A program made the position numbers and the translations under genes. DNA of 64,000 nucleotides. Origin: Lama glama. Its lineage: Eukaryota. Positions within the stretch are counted from its first letter, which is position 1; each line of letters starts with the position of its first letter. The stretch is taken from assembly GCA_028534125.1 (NCBI GenBank), contig CM052816.1, positions 37,450,001 to 37,514,000 on the forward strand, written 5' to 3'. Shown piece by piece: positions 1-12,700 of the stretch. The notes beneath the pieces were generated by a model. The model saw only the letters and a program-made list of their open reading frames with translations, searched no databases and was not told the DNA's origin.

Positions 1-515
1 TGCTTAACTGTCTTCTTTATTCCTGAAGTGTCTGAGACAGAACTGTCACCTCTTCAGAGTGATCACTCATCATGACCTTAGACTCCCGAGCCTGCCTACA
101 CATCAGAGCAGGAAGGTGTGGGTGTGTACACAGACGGGGCATATTTTCTACAATGGAGCTTCAGAGTTTATCTGATACCCTGGAGGATGAGGGGCATAGG
201 ATTCTCTACAAATACTGTTCTCACCAGTGCCTGCTTTTCAAAGTTCAGGCATATAGACGGGATAGAAATTGGGCAGATAACTGATTCAAATTGAACTTTG
301 GCCAGTTTCTCAATGAAGAACCCAAAGCACCTTCAGCAGGCATGTCTCTTGGAGGGTCTGTGGATTCAAGGTGATCACTGAATTCTGAGGCCATGGTGGT
401 GGTTTATCAGGCATCTTCTAGTGGTGGCAGAAAAATACTTTCAGTGGTAACCTCCAGGGTAATGGTCTGTATCAATGGAATTCGGATCTTCTGAGTACAG
501 GGGTGTCTGCTCATA
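1..515 (-). pseudogene. FAT1: FAT1 (FAT atypical cadherin 1) pseudogene fragment, cytoplasmic C-terminal tail, 5'-truncated, probably continuing off the left window edge
   Basis: Manual minus-strand translation across frameshifts gives EQTPLYSEDPNSIDTDHYPGGY / TESIFLPPLED / DKPPPWP / EFSDHLESTDPPRDMPAEGALGSSLRNWPKFNLNQ / YLPNFYPVYMPEL*KAGTGENSICRESYAPHPPGYQINSEAP / VENMP / SVYTPTPSCSDV* / ESKVMMSD-HSEEVTV. This is collinear with the mammalian FAT1 tail as I recall it (EQTPLYSADPNAIDTDYYPGGYDIESDFPPPPED...PPRDMPAAGSLGSS...FNLNQYLPNFYP...SCSDVS...ESEVMMSD...EEVT). It has multiple frameshifts and in-frame stops. Confidence 0.92.
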
Positions 516-3366
516 AAAAGTAAAAAAGGGTCTGAGACAAAGGTTTCCATTTGTTTAATAGTTGTCTCACAATGTAACAGGTTCATCACACATGAATATG
601 TATAAGATCACTGGATGTGTAAAGGATAATTATTTGGCAAGACAGAGTGTGAAAAATGTAATTTCTATTTTGTTTCAAGATGTTATAACATCACATGTAA
701 TCACATGCAGAAAATACAAAAATTAAATTTTTGAAATTCGTAATCTGCATATATTTCAGATGGGTAAACTGATTCAGACCCTTTTTCATATTCAAAAAAT
801 GGTTTACAGAAAAGACATTTATTTTGTTAATGCTGTATATTTTATCAAAATTTTATCACATAAGACACACAGCCAGAGCTTTATTCTCCAACATTTGCAC
901 AGGAAAATGGAAATACTTGAAGCTCATTAACTATGTAAAGAGGATTAAACAGTGCTAAGTAATAACCTTTGGCTTAATCAGTAGTAAATTCACTGTAAAT
1001 TTTAAGAAAATGGAAGAAAAATTATAAAATCATTTTTGCTGAAAGGGGTATTAAGAAAAATGTTTTGATTCTTTACATTCTGTGGGCAATACGCTCACTG
1101 GTGGTCATTTAATTATGGGCGAGGAGGCTGTGAAAATGGCCCCCAGCAGGAGTGTGGATTTTTCATTAAGCATATAGAATAGAAAACTGAGCTGAGGCTT
1201 TTAAGATATATTCCTGCATGAAAAGAAAAGACCTGGCAAGCTGTGCAAGTGTGACTTAGATTGCTCTGGTACATAGTCAAATGCTAAGCAGGAACATTGT
1301 CTGTTGCATATACAGGGCAAGTGTGTTGTCCAGGGGAGAAGGCAAGCAGTTGGAGATCCTGCCACGGGAAAGGAAATTTCTTTAGTGTTTTATGAGAGAA
1401 AAATCACGTTGGATAATTATCCAGATTGATTTTTGAGGAGGCCATAAGATTCATTGGTAAACACTCTTAATTTCTACAGAAACTTAACATTGCCTGCCGC
1501 AAGACATGCCACACTGGCGCAGTGTTTGTGCAGAAGCATAGGCAGAGGTAACTAGAGAAGCAGCAAGCATTATAATCTAACTTTAGTCCATCTGGACTTC
1601 TGAGATAGTTTTACATTTTATTAAGCTTTTATTAGAATTATGACATCTGTCCCACTCTATTTTCAGAAGCTTGTGTGTCCAATTGCTTGTGAATTTTATC
1701 AGGGCAAAATGATGATAGTGGTCAAATTGACCAAAGGCTATTATTTTGTAAGATTGTGAATACCAAAAGCAACAACTTTCTACTGTGCCTATTGATTCTA
1801 AATTACCTTCTTGCAGTTGAATTCAACGTGTTCTGCAATGCACTGTACCTCATTTATGAATACTTATGTATTTTTCAAATAATTCTAATTGTCCTTAGGG
1901 TATCTCTCCCCCACAGAAAAAAAAAAGCCACAATTGTTTAGTTTCTCGTACTCACCCCCACCATCTATAACATTGATTTTGATCATGAATTTGACCAATA
2001 CCCAAATCCTTAGACCTGAAAATATCTCTTAACCTAAGCATCACAGAATTATTTTCTGTGCCATCAAAAAGAGACAGCGGCTTTGTCCTGATGGCTAAGC
2101 AATAGTTTAGGATTCATGCTTTAATGTAAGTCTAGAACTGAGTTTGATTGTTGAAAAATTATTGAATATTAACAGCTCAGTTTTTTCATATTAAAATCAG
2201 AATAATTTTTGTTGTGGTCCAATGACTAATTGGTGTTGACCTTGAAGAGTAAAGGATAATTTTCTGATAGGAAGATGGTAGAAAATTTGTTTTCAGAGAC
2301 AAAAAGCTTACGGCTGTGTCAGATAATAGCTTTATTTTCTGACATTAATATTGCCACACTTAGTTCTTTAACCGTCCAAAACTGCTGCTTTGATTTTCAC
2401 ATATTTCGAAATCATTTAACAAAATATGGTAAGATTCAATACTTAGTCCTTAGATTATCAAGATATATAGTACATGCAAATTTAACAAAAATTTTCAGTT
2501 TGGAAACAATGTAGAAGTAAAAAGCCATTTCTAGAATAGGAAAGCATTTGCTTTAGTACGATGAATGTAATACTGTGATTGGAGGCTGAACTTGGATTCT
2601 ATGGATAGAAACCATAATTACATTAGTAATATTATTTACTGCATAAACAGTGAAACAAAAGGAAATACTTCAATGTTATAACATTGTACCAGCATTATGT
2701 AAAATTCTGGTACTCATCTGTGATATTTTAGTAGACGTCCTAATATTCTGTTACTGAATTGCTTTAATAGCATCACAGTCTGTGTCCTATTACTGACTTC
2801 CATGAACAGCATGAGACAATTGGGTTTTTGTAATGCAGTTGTAGATCAAAGTGGTTTTTCATATAAATTGCTATCCATAGGAGTAGATAATTCTGATGAG
2901 ATTTACCTCATTTATTTTTAAGAAGTAAAAAAGTATCACTAAATTTCACAAAGCATAATTAAAATACTGATTGACATACTGTGCTACGTGTTTACTGCCT
3001 GTCACCTCACTTTTTCAGAGTTCTGCCAGGATTTTAAATATATCTTGCAAGGACGTAACAATAGCAAGCAATGTCTTTGTGATCTTTATATCCAATGTTG
3101 TAGAGGAAATGTTTGGAAATTCTCCTTTTTGTATTATAAAAGTAATTAAAAGTAAGTGAATGTAGAGGTGGTTTATTATAAAAATTGATAAAGGCATTAG
3201 GAAAAAATTGACTGAGACATTAGAGTACATAATTAAGCTTTTCTATGTGGTTTTATAGGTAAAATCAACTGGACCTATTGACTCTTGCTTTCTGGCACTA
3301 TTCACTGTGTTAATATTACAGTATACACAGCAGTTTTTAATTGTGTGAGTTAATGCAACTTCACGT

Positions 3367-3978
3367 TGTTACCGAGAGGAAGGGGAAAAAAGTTACCTTG
3401 GTTCTTTGTCACCGGAAAAATAAAACGAGTTTTTAACAAGAGGCAGAAAGCGTGGTATGAACAAGATTTTATTAGTAAAGTAAAAAGGTAGTAAAGTATA
3501 GTAAACCCCCGAGAATCAAGGGCAAGCCAACCCAGGAGAGGAAAAATGGCGCTGCTCCTTTGTTTTTCCTGTTCTTAAATTCTGGCTTAGGCGGTATTTT
3601 CGTGATTGATTGATTGATTGACAGCTCAGGTTCTTTGAGGGCTCAGGCTGAATGACAGCTGGCGTTCCTTGTGCTCAGGCACGCCCCTCTCTTTCACGCA
3701 CGTTTTTACCCATGATGCACACAGAGAAACCTACAGGAGGGGGCTCAAACTGCAATGTTAGTTACTTTATATGATTTATGGGTCAAGTCAAGCTGGTCCT
3801 TCTTTCTGTTGTGCTGCTGCAGCGTCCGATCCTAGAGGCTTCTTTGCTGGCCCTCATGTAGAGAAAGTAAGTTTTTGGAGCCCCTTACCCTGAGCGCAGG
3901 TGTACTGTTATTTTCAGGCTGCTCCCTCCCTCTTCCTCTCCCCTTGCCCAGGGCTCATTTCTATGTAACTTCCTAACA
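3367..3978 (-). mobile_element. ERV1-class solo LTR, 612 bp
   Basis: Inverted termini TGTTA...TAACA; flanking 4-mers ACGT/ACAT (4-bp TSD with one CpG-type change); AATAAA on the minus strand near 3467-3473; more GC- and CpG-rich than the flanks. Confidence 0.85.
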
Positions 3979-5546
3979 ACATGAACCAAAGATTAGCTTA
4001 GACAGTGAAATAATCATAGTTTTATCATTTTTGTTTTTAAACCTTAGTTTTCTGTCAGGAAAAAAAATGAAGAAAATAAATTTAATGTATAATGTTTATA
4101 GTCAAAGAAAGTGAAACCAGTCAAAATTGGTAAAATATTTTAAAGTATATACAATTAATCATGCTTAATCAAAAATCATAATACTGACTGCTAGTCCTTT
4201 TTATAGCTATATTCAGTAATGTGACTTTAGATTCCACATATCATAATACAAGAACATTGCAATTTTATATTAGAGTTATAAATCAAAGGAGAATATTCTT
4301 CCTGTTGTGCCAAGAAAACAACAGATCTGCTTGGCTAGTAAAAGAATCTCTTGAATTTGCTATCAACCATATATGTGATATTTTATTGTAAATGTCTTGA
4401 AATTAAAGGGAACCGAAGGTTATCAGTGTAACAGATAAGGAGATGGCTATCATTTAAAATTGTTACATTAATTGGGATATTATACATTACAAAATGTGTA
4501 TCCAGTTTTCAGATTTGTGATGAGGATTAGAGAAAACACTGCACTGAGTATAAAGCACAGAAATACTGATTGGATAAAACATGTCCTTACTACCATTTCC
4601 ACATTGTTTTTCTTTGTTTATTTGCTTTGTTTTGTTTTCATAGCAAGCTATGAAATGGTCATGCATTTGTATTCTCTAAACTGATGCTAGCACATATCTT
4701 TCCCCCCCAAAATTTATCCACAAAAAATAATATATTTTTCATTAGATCAATTATGGACTTGCAGTTTTCAGAAGACTTAGATGCATTTGAATGTACATAC
4801 ATTTTTCTTTGTAAGTTATAAATGAACCTTTTCTATTCACCAACCATGGACTTAATATAAACCATTTTACCAGTTGTCAGTGTTTTAATATTCTGATATA
4901 TTATTGAAATGCAGATAATACAAACAGTAAATCTTAATGTTTTATGTTCAGAATGTTTCACTCTTGCGTTTGAATTAATTTTCAGTCAACTTAGAAACTG
5001 GTGTTAAAGCTCAGGAGAGGATAGCTGTTCTTTTCCACCCCAACTCAATCCGTCCTTGTGGCCCATTGAAAACCAGGATGGAGGAACTTGATACAGTTCA
5101 GCTGAAGCTGAATTTTCCTTTATCAAATCTTAAAGGGAACAACAGCAGAGAATTATTTTCCCTTAAACTTATAAACTTATTTCTGTAAAGCTAAATGCCT
5201 AGGCAAAATGGGTTTCACTGAATAAACATGAAAGGAAATGCACCAAAATGATTCTCCATAGATAATATTTGAATAAATAATATATTCAAGACATTTTTAT
5301 TAAAATATTTTGTCAAACTTCTCATTTTAAGATCAGATGAAAGATACCTCCATGTCTTTTGAATGATTAATTTTTACTTCAGTGAACAATCTTGTACTTC
5401 CACCTTTACTTAACATTCAAAATAAAATACATTAAATACAGGGGGTAGTGATCTTTATTAAAGAAGCAACAAAAATCAAAATATTTCTTATAAATGTGAT
5501 CAATCTAATTCAAAATAAAATAAATGGAAATTAAATCTATTATATG

Positions 5547-6071
5547 CGTGCTAAGGAGAATGATGCCCCTTGTTCGAAAGATACTCATATCCTAATCCTC
5601 AGAACTTGTGAATATATTCAGTTTAGCAACAAAAGGGAATTAAGGTTGCAGATAGAATTGAGCTTCCACTCAGCTGAATGTAAGATAGGCAGATTGCCCA
5701 AGATTATCCAGATGGATCCAATTTAAATGCAAGCACACTTAAAAGTATAAAAGAGAGGCAGAGGAGTGAGTCAAAGGAAGGTGTGAGTAAGGAGTGAAGA
5801 CGGAGAGAGATGTAACTGCTTTTATAAAAGATGGAGGACTGGAGACATGAGTTTAGGAATGTGGCCACCATCTCAAAGCTGGAAAAGCTTAGAAACAGAT
5901 TATGTCCTAGAGAATGAAAGGAATGAAGCTCTCCTGACACCTTGGTCTTTTAGCCCAGTGGGATTCCAGTTGGACTTCTGAACTACAGAATTATAAGGTA
6001 ATACATTTTTGTTGTTTTTAAGCCACTCAATTTTTGGAAATATGTTAAAACATCAATAGAAAGCTAATACA
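5547..6071 (+). mobile_element. ERVL-MaLR MLT1 (D/E-like) solo LTR
   Basis: Characteristic MLT1 motifs: cctaatcctcagaacttgtgaatat, attaaggttgcagat, ggacttctgaactacagaattataag, gttgttttaagccact, and the terminal aatagaaagctaataca. Confidence 0.85.
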
Positions 6072-6589
6072 TCATACTTTTTGTATCACAGCAAAGAAAA
6101 GAAAGGACAAAATTCCGTGTAAACCTATATTATATACGTGTGTGTGTGAAATTGACTTTAGTTGAGTCAGTTTTACAATACTAGCCAAAATTTTAAATAT
6201 GCCTTTTGTCTCTAATCCCATTTCTGAGTTCATCTTAAAGTTGAATTTACACATATAGAAGAGGATATATGTACAAAAATAATTGATTTAAGAATTATTT
6301 TAACTTAAAAAATTTGAAATAACCAAATATAAATCCAGAAATAATAGCTTTTACACCTTTGTGTTTGGTTGTATTGCTTTCTTAGACTGTAACAGCTGCA
6401 GCTTTGGAGAAAGACATTTTGGCAGATGGAGACAGTGGAAGATTGTTACTTTAAAAAGTAGACATTTTTGAAAATTTGAATATTGTACCATGTGCATAAG
6501 CAACTTATTAGAAATGGGTTGGTGAATTTAAAAATTAAGATAATCATCTTACAAATTTCAGGGCTAATGGATGGTGATTTTTTTCAGAA

Positions 6590-7300
6590 GGTTACAGAGG
6601 TGTGAGTGAGAGTTGAAAACTTAAAAGTGGGCCAGAAAAGACTGACTATACATTTTGTTGGGGCAAAAGAGTTTTTGCTGACATCCTCATAGATTTTTCT
6701 TGAATCTTGATAGATGAAATTGCAACAGTTTTCTTTGTCATAAGGTTCAGCAAAAAAACATGATACACCTAGTAAACAGCAAATAGAAGACCGTAGAACA
6801 GCTGATGACAATCTCGTTTGAAACATACGTCAGTGATACTCTGATGGCCCTGCTAACGGGTAAGGCTTCAGGTGTATCAGAAAAAAACAATTTGAATAAG
6901 GAGTCCCTTCTAGAAAGGGCTTGTGCTGAAAATGAAGTGGACTTTTCTCACGTGGGACTGCTAAAGGAGACGACCATGTGTGTGCTGTAGGTGTGGTGAG
7001 AAAATCAATCATCCATTACAGTTGTTCCTTGTAAAGGCAGATGGGAGGAATGGGAACTCTCCCACCAGATCGGTTACACTTTTAGGAGAGCCATTTTGGA
7101 GTACTCCTCCAGCATTTCCTCCAGTGAAGAAATATGTAACAGATAACCTCAGATCGTTCCTAAAGTCAGCAATCCAAAGAGTATTTATGAAGTTGAAAAC
7201 TTGAAATAACCCTTTTCTGTCTTGATTCCAAATCCCCTAGAAAGAAGAATTTGGTGATGGCCATAGGGGCCTCCCAGGAAGTGTTTATCTTGTGTTGCAT
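6590..7300 (+). mobile_element. Probable ancient CR1/L3-type LINE relic (RT C-terminal region)
   Basis: Degraded peptides occur in CR1 order: IRFSKKT..AN/IEDRRTADDNL (cf. IKFADDTKL..ANTLEDRIRIQNDL), ccattttggagtac (cf. PHLEY), and KKYVTDNLRSFLKSAIQRVFMKLKT (cf. KKDIDKLERVQRRATRMVRGLET). Alignment was by eye only. Confidence 0.5.
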
Positions 7301-8596
7301 AAGAACCATAAGGGTCGTGGGTCTGCTACTATACACAGGATGGAGAGGTACCCTGGGTCAAGACAAATCAACAACATATAGTGGCTGGGCACTTGATCGG
7401 ACAGAGTTCAGAGGAACAGCTGTAGTTTTTCTAAAATGAAAATGATTCTAAGGCTGAGAGGCTTGTAAAGCAGGAAAAACAACCACAGTAAGAACTAGGG
7501 TGCATGATGGTGAATCTTCTCACACAGATCCTGACTATTCATAGCTGTCTTAATTTAGTTGTAATTCTTACTTAAGTTTATGTGAAGATTTATATAACAC
7601 TAACAAACGAATAAGGTAATAGAATGAAAATATCGGTCTGTGATAAGATTAAATGAATACACTGTTTTAAAATTTTTTAGAAAAACAGTATAAAGTACTT
7701 CTATAGTGTGAAGTCCTTAGAATCATTTAGAACTGTTTGGACAGTGCATAAACATGCCTATACATTTCAAATTAACAAGGATTGAAATTCATTAATAAGA
7801 TGGCTCTAGGAAGCCAAAGTACTTTTTTGGCTCTTGAAATTTTTGCCCTGATGACAAGTGCTATGATTGAGTATTGCTCTGAAAAAAAAAAATAGCACAA
7901 CAAACAAAATTAATGCAAAATTTTGTAGATTTTTATATGAACTTATATGTAAGCTCCATTCTAGTAAACCTTTTCTCTGAACACTAAAGGGGAAATTTTT
8001 TTAAAGCCATAAACTTTTCATATAAAGAGTTAGAATTAAGAGAACTGAACCACTTCCTAGTCTATGCAGTCTTAATGCTTTCAGAGAAAGTAATTTTAAG
8101 TGTGTCACGGGGTCAACTGTGGTAGTAAATGCATATTTTTCCATCTTGGCTTCATTGCAGAATTACATGCTTTCATAGGAGAAAAGGCAATGAAAAGGAG
8201 AAGTAGCATCTGCTCAGCTTTAGACCTGATTAAGGGAAATTAGTTCCATCAACATATGTAAATACCAATTACATGCATTAGACCTAACAGAATCTTTAGA
8301 GCAGTAAGGAAACCTAAATGTCAACTTGTACAAACTTGTCTTGGTAGTATGGGTTTGGATGCTATCATCCTAAGTGGCTTACTCACAGTCGACCAACTAC
8401 AGACAGAACTGAAACTTGAATACATGTTTCTTTATTGCTTAATGGACTAGGAATCTATAATATTTGCCTGCTCAGCGTCAATTGTTGGAGGGACGATCCC
8501 TATTCTACACATGTTTCTGATTTTCCACCAGTCCCAGAGCCTCAGATACAAAGAATGGTCTCATGACCTAAGTTTTCACTGGGGCATTTTTCTTAA

Positions 8597-8845
8597 GGGG
8601 AATTTTCCAGTAGTGATTTATTGGGATAGTTGTCTATTTGAACTTGATCATGTTACAGCAGTATCCTGAAGAAACTTCATGAGTCACAGCTATTGGAAAC
8701 TGAAATTGACATCCTTTCGTACTAGTAGTGAAACAATTAACCAAGTTTTGTCTTTGGTTACTTGAAAACGTGTGGCCTCTAAGAATGTAACTCTGGAGTC
8801 CGATAAACTGCTATTGGAAATCAAGTTAAATGAAATGAGGAACTG
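8597..8845. promoter_or_regulatory. Candidate inflammatory/interferon enhancer motif cluster (kB-like, AP-1, ISRE, PU.1-like)
   Basis: GGGGAATTTTCC at 8597-8608, TGAGTCA at 8680-8686, GAAACTGAAA at 8696-8705, AAATGAGGAACTG at 8833-8845. Motif matches only, with no functional data. Confidence 0.2.
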
Positions 8846-9209
8846 TCAGGTGATGCGTGGCTGTTTAGGGCAGCACTGTGATAGGCAGACAGATAGACGA
8901 TGAATCAGTGAATGAACGGAACAGATGGACCAATAAATGCAAGGATGACTGAAAGAACTCTTGGCACAGGTGTCAAAGTGTTAACCTCAAATTGTTAGTA
9001 AAATCTCAGGAAATCTTTTGATCATAGACTAAATATTTCTTATTCTTATATAGTAATAGATAAATAGATGATAAAATCAAATTCAGAGACTTATTTTACA
9101 GGTCACAGTCACCCAGAATCTCTCGGGTGACATTAACATTTTGATCAGGACAGATAGAGTACTAAGAATTGGTATGACTTAGGGAACCTTCCGAAACAGA
9201 CCTGAATTT

Positions 9210-9730
9210 ACCTGTACCAGCTAAGGACTCTGATGAAATGTTGAATAGAAGGGAGGAGAGTAGGCACCTTTGTCTTTTTCTTGGTAGTTGGGTGAAACCA
9301 GTTTTATCATTAAGTTTGACATCAAGTACAGATTTTTCATAAATGCCTTTTATCAGGTTGAGGAAATTGTCTTTATTCTTGTTTTGCCTAGTGTTTTTTT
9401 TTTTTTTTACCATTATTAGATGTTTAATTTTGCCAAAGTCTTTCTCTGCATCTATTGGGATGATCATGTTTTTATTTCTTTTTAAGTTTGTTGATGTGGT
9501 GAAAATTGATTTTAGAATGGTACATCAAGTTTGTGCATCCAGGGTAAATGTGACTTACTAATATTTTGTTAGGAATTTTTATGTATGCTCTTGGAGTATA
9601 TTGGTCTACAGTTTGTCAGGTTTTGTTATCATGATAATTCTGGTCCCATAGAAGTATTAGAAAATATTGGCTTTAATTTATTTCCTGAAAGAGTTCATTT
9701 GAATTTGTCTGTAAATGTTTTGTAGAATGC
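9210..9730 (-). mobile_element. L1 ORF2 (reverse transcriptase) fragment
   Basis: ORF 9162-9467(-) reads MIIPIDAEKDFGKI...NFLNLIKGIYEK...RQRCLLSSLLFNI, a degraded form of the L1 RT motifs IDAEKAFDKI and RQGCPLSPLLFNI. Confidence 0.9.
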
Positions 9731-12700
9731 ATGGTAATTCTTCGCTGCATTGTTTGCTTTCTGATTTCTTTAAATACCAGTCCCCTAGCTTTTCTAATTG
9801 TCTCTGGTGGAAAAATTGGTCTAAATTACCTGGGCATGTGTTACAAAAGCATAAAAGAACTTGTTCCCAGCTCTTCTATCTTGGTTGGAGATGCTGATGA
9901 AAGAAGTCAAATTGAAATTGACTCTCATCTCAATATCCATAAAAGGAGGCAGAAATGCACAGTATGCTCTTAACTTAACTCTAAAATGTATCTAATTATC
10001 TGGGTAACTCTACATTGAAGGAGAAATACTCAAAATAGTAAAAGACTTTAGTATTTATAGGGTAACACTGATTTCTAAAAATGCATAATATCATAGCCGT
10101 TTTAACCTCTCAGTCATTGTAAAGATATGTGAAGCAATTATATTAATGCTGTCCTGTTCGCTCTTGGTTTTTCTAATGTAACCCTGAACTTATCTCATCC
10201 TTTTCCTCATTTTTGTTCCATACACTGTTAATAGGCAACAAATTACTATGGAGCTGTAAAACATTTTACTATATTTAATGGTTTTTTTTTTAAGTCATGT
10301 ATTTGTATGTACCACATAGGGATGGCTTCTTTGCTCTACAATGTTTGGAGCTTTCAACTGGAAATAATCAATTGCCAGTTTACTTTACTCATCTCAAGCT
10401 ACTGAAAACCTGCCCTTAGGAAACTTGGGCTCCCATTTGTCCCAGAGCATTTGAGAAAAATATGTATTGAAGAGTCATAGTCCGTTCAAGGCCATAAGAG
10501 CCCTGGCCTTAGTGATCAGACAATGATTTTCAGAAGGCTAATCCAGTGATGCATTTAATTAAACTCTTCCCTTTAAATGATGCTTTAATTTTAGGTTTTC
10601 AAGTTTTATGTCATGGACATATTCATTGCTTTCCCCTTTAGAGGAGAGAGACACATTATCCTGTAAGCTCCATTGCATGGTATCGTGAAGGAGTGTCACT
10701 GATGGACCACTGGCTCTGCTATCTCATTATTTCCAGAAGACATTGAACGGACTATTCCAAAAGTAATCTGAATATATTTGGTGTGAGCTCGAAGGCTGAA
10801 CGCTAAAAATATTTAGCTAAAAGGTCTTAAAGCAACTCTTCAAGCTTGGGCAGTGAGTGTTTTGTCATGATAGAGCCTTTGACAACTCACCAGGAGTTTA
10901 TGTTACTTAAAGTTGTACTTATCTGAATGCATTATTAGGGTTTGTTAGAGTGCTTTTTCTTTTTTGTAAGCATATGCATTAGTCCAAAATTTTCTCCAAG
11001 AGGAAAACATTATAGCCATATTCAGTAACAAATACATGTATTTGTCTTTTCTGTACTTTGAAGCACAGAATAATTTTATGATAAACATCTTTGGTTAATG
11101 GATACTTCATTAGTTCTACACCTGCACAGGCAAGTTCTTGATAGATTTCTATACTTTTGTAGGCAAATTTTACTCCTTATAGCTCAAAATAATAAAGTAC
11201 AAATCTACCTATAATATATATCTAGGTACTTTTCAGAGAATTTAACTTCAAATTTTCTGTATAGTGCTTCTCAAAATGTCAAGATAGATATTGAGGTGTT
11301 TCAGGATGCAGCTACTTGGGAAAAGTTTGATAAAGGAGACCTGTAAATTTGATTACCTAAAATAAGAGTATTTCAGTTTGCAACTTTAAACATCCCATAA
11401 GATTTTGGTGTTGTTCAAAATTTCAGTTATTCCGTTTTTGGCTTTGTGTTTATCTTAAACTCCTGCACATTAGAAACTTGAGTCAGCTGTAATTTGAGAG
11501 ACAGTATAAAAGAATAGTTAGTTAATCCTTGAAGTTAATGTATTTTAATTCATATTTTGACACATTTTATATGCTTCTAGGTGTACTACCCAAGTCTTTG
11601 TCTCAAGATTTCCAAAACTGTAGTAACAAGTGGAAAGTGGTAGTTGGACAAGCCTTTCCTATGATGTGATTCATCTCCTCTTTCAAAGAGACCAATGTTG
11701 GCTCTTTCATAGATTTAACCACCAAGTCCAAAGAGGTCTACTCAGCTCCAGCTCCCTTCAACAACAGCTCCTTTCATGTAGCCTGAATGGAATATAATTT
11801 TTTTCAAAAATCTGTTTTGGGTATTACTTACCAGGGAGAAAGGAGTCTTGTACCGGAGCTGAGCCTAACTGACTTTAGTAAAACTGGAGGCTTTGCTTAT
11901 CGCCCTCACTCAGCTCACTCACTGTAGATGTCAGCTGTCTGTTGTGAGGTCATAGCATATTTCCAAAAATGTCATGAATTTTGTTGTTCCTTGTGAATAT
12001 TTCTACTCTTTAAAGACCTACAGTCAGGGAGTTGGAGGATATCATTAGAGGCAAGACAGGTATTCATGGCTCCCTAAATGTGTTAATTATCTAAAGCCTT
12101 GCTTATCTGAACAAGTGTGTCTAAATTAGTGTCTTTTTTTCCACTTTCTAGAAGATGTAGTGAACTGAATTAAACACTGAACAGATTCTCTCAACTTGTA
12201 ATTTTTCAGGTGAGATGAACCAGAGTTTATATCTAGATTAGTACTGTTGACAGTACAGGGGGGAAAAAAGGACCCAGAAACATAAAGTAGAAAAGGAAAG
12301 GTAAAAGACAGAATTACACATCCCCAAATCCAAAATTCCCTTATATGTTGAATAGAAAAGCTAAAAAAGAACATATTCAAACTATTATCAATTGTTACTT
12401 GTTATAAGGAGACTTAAATTAGGGGTTGGTAATTAAGGGTTCATGGCAGTATTGCTTTTGATTTTCGTCTTTGCTGTTGGAGTATTTTTACACTGAAAAT
12501 GTATTTATGTATTCTTCCTGAGTTAAAAAAATGTAAAATATGAGATATAGATGTCTAGGAAAATAACAGCAATCATAACTATGAAAAGGTATTTTGCATA
12601 TTTTAATTTTATACTCCTTATGTTTAGTTTCTTTTTACAGCTAGAATGTGTTCATGTTTGCAGCATTTAATTTTTAATTGTCTTCATTTTGACATTGGTA

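Noticed and set aside
407..589. 60-aa minus-strand ORF as a functional FAT1-derived micropeptide
   Set aside because: Only the last dozen or so residues are in the FAT1 frame. The rest is out-of-frame or flanking sequence.
1410..1423. 14-bp perfect palindrome TGGATAATTATCCA
   Set aside because: Palindromes of this length are expected by chance in 64 kb of AT-rich sequence.
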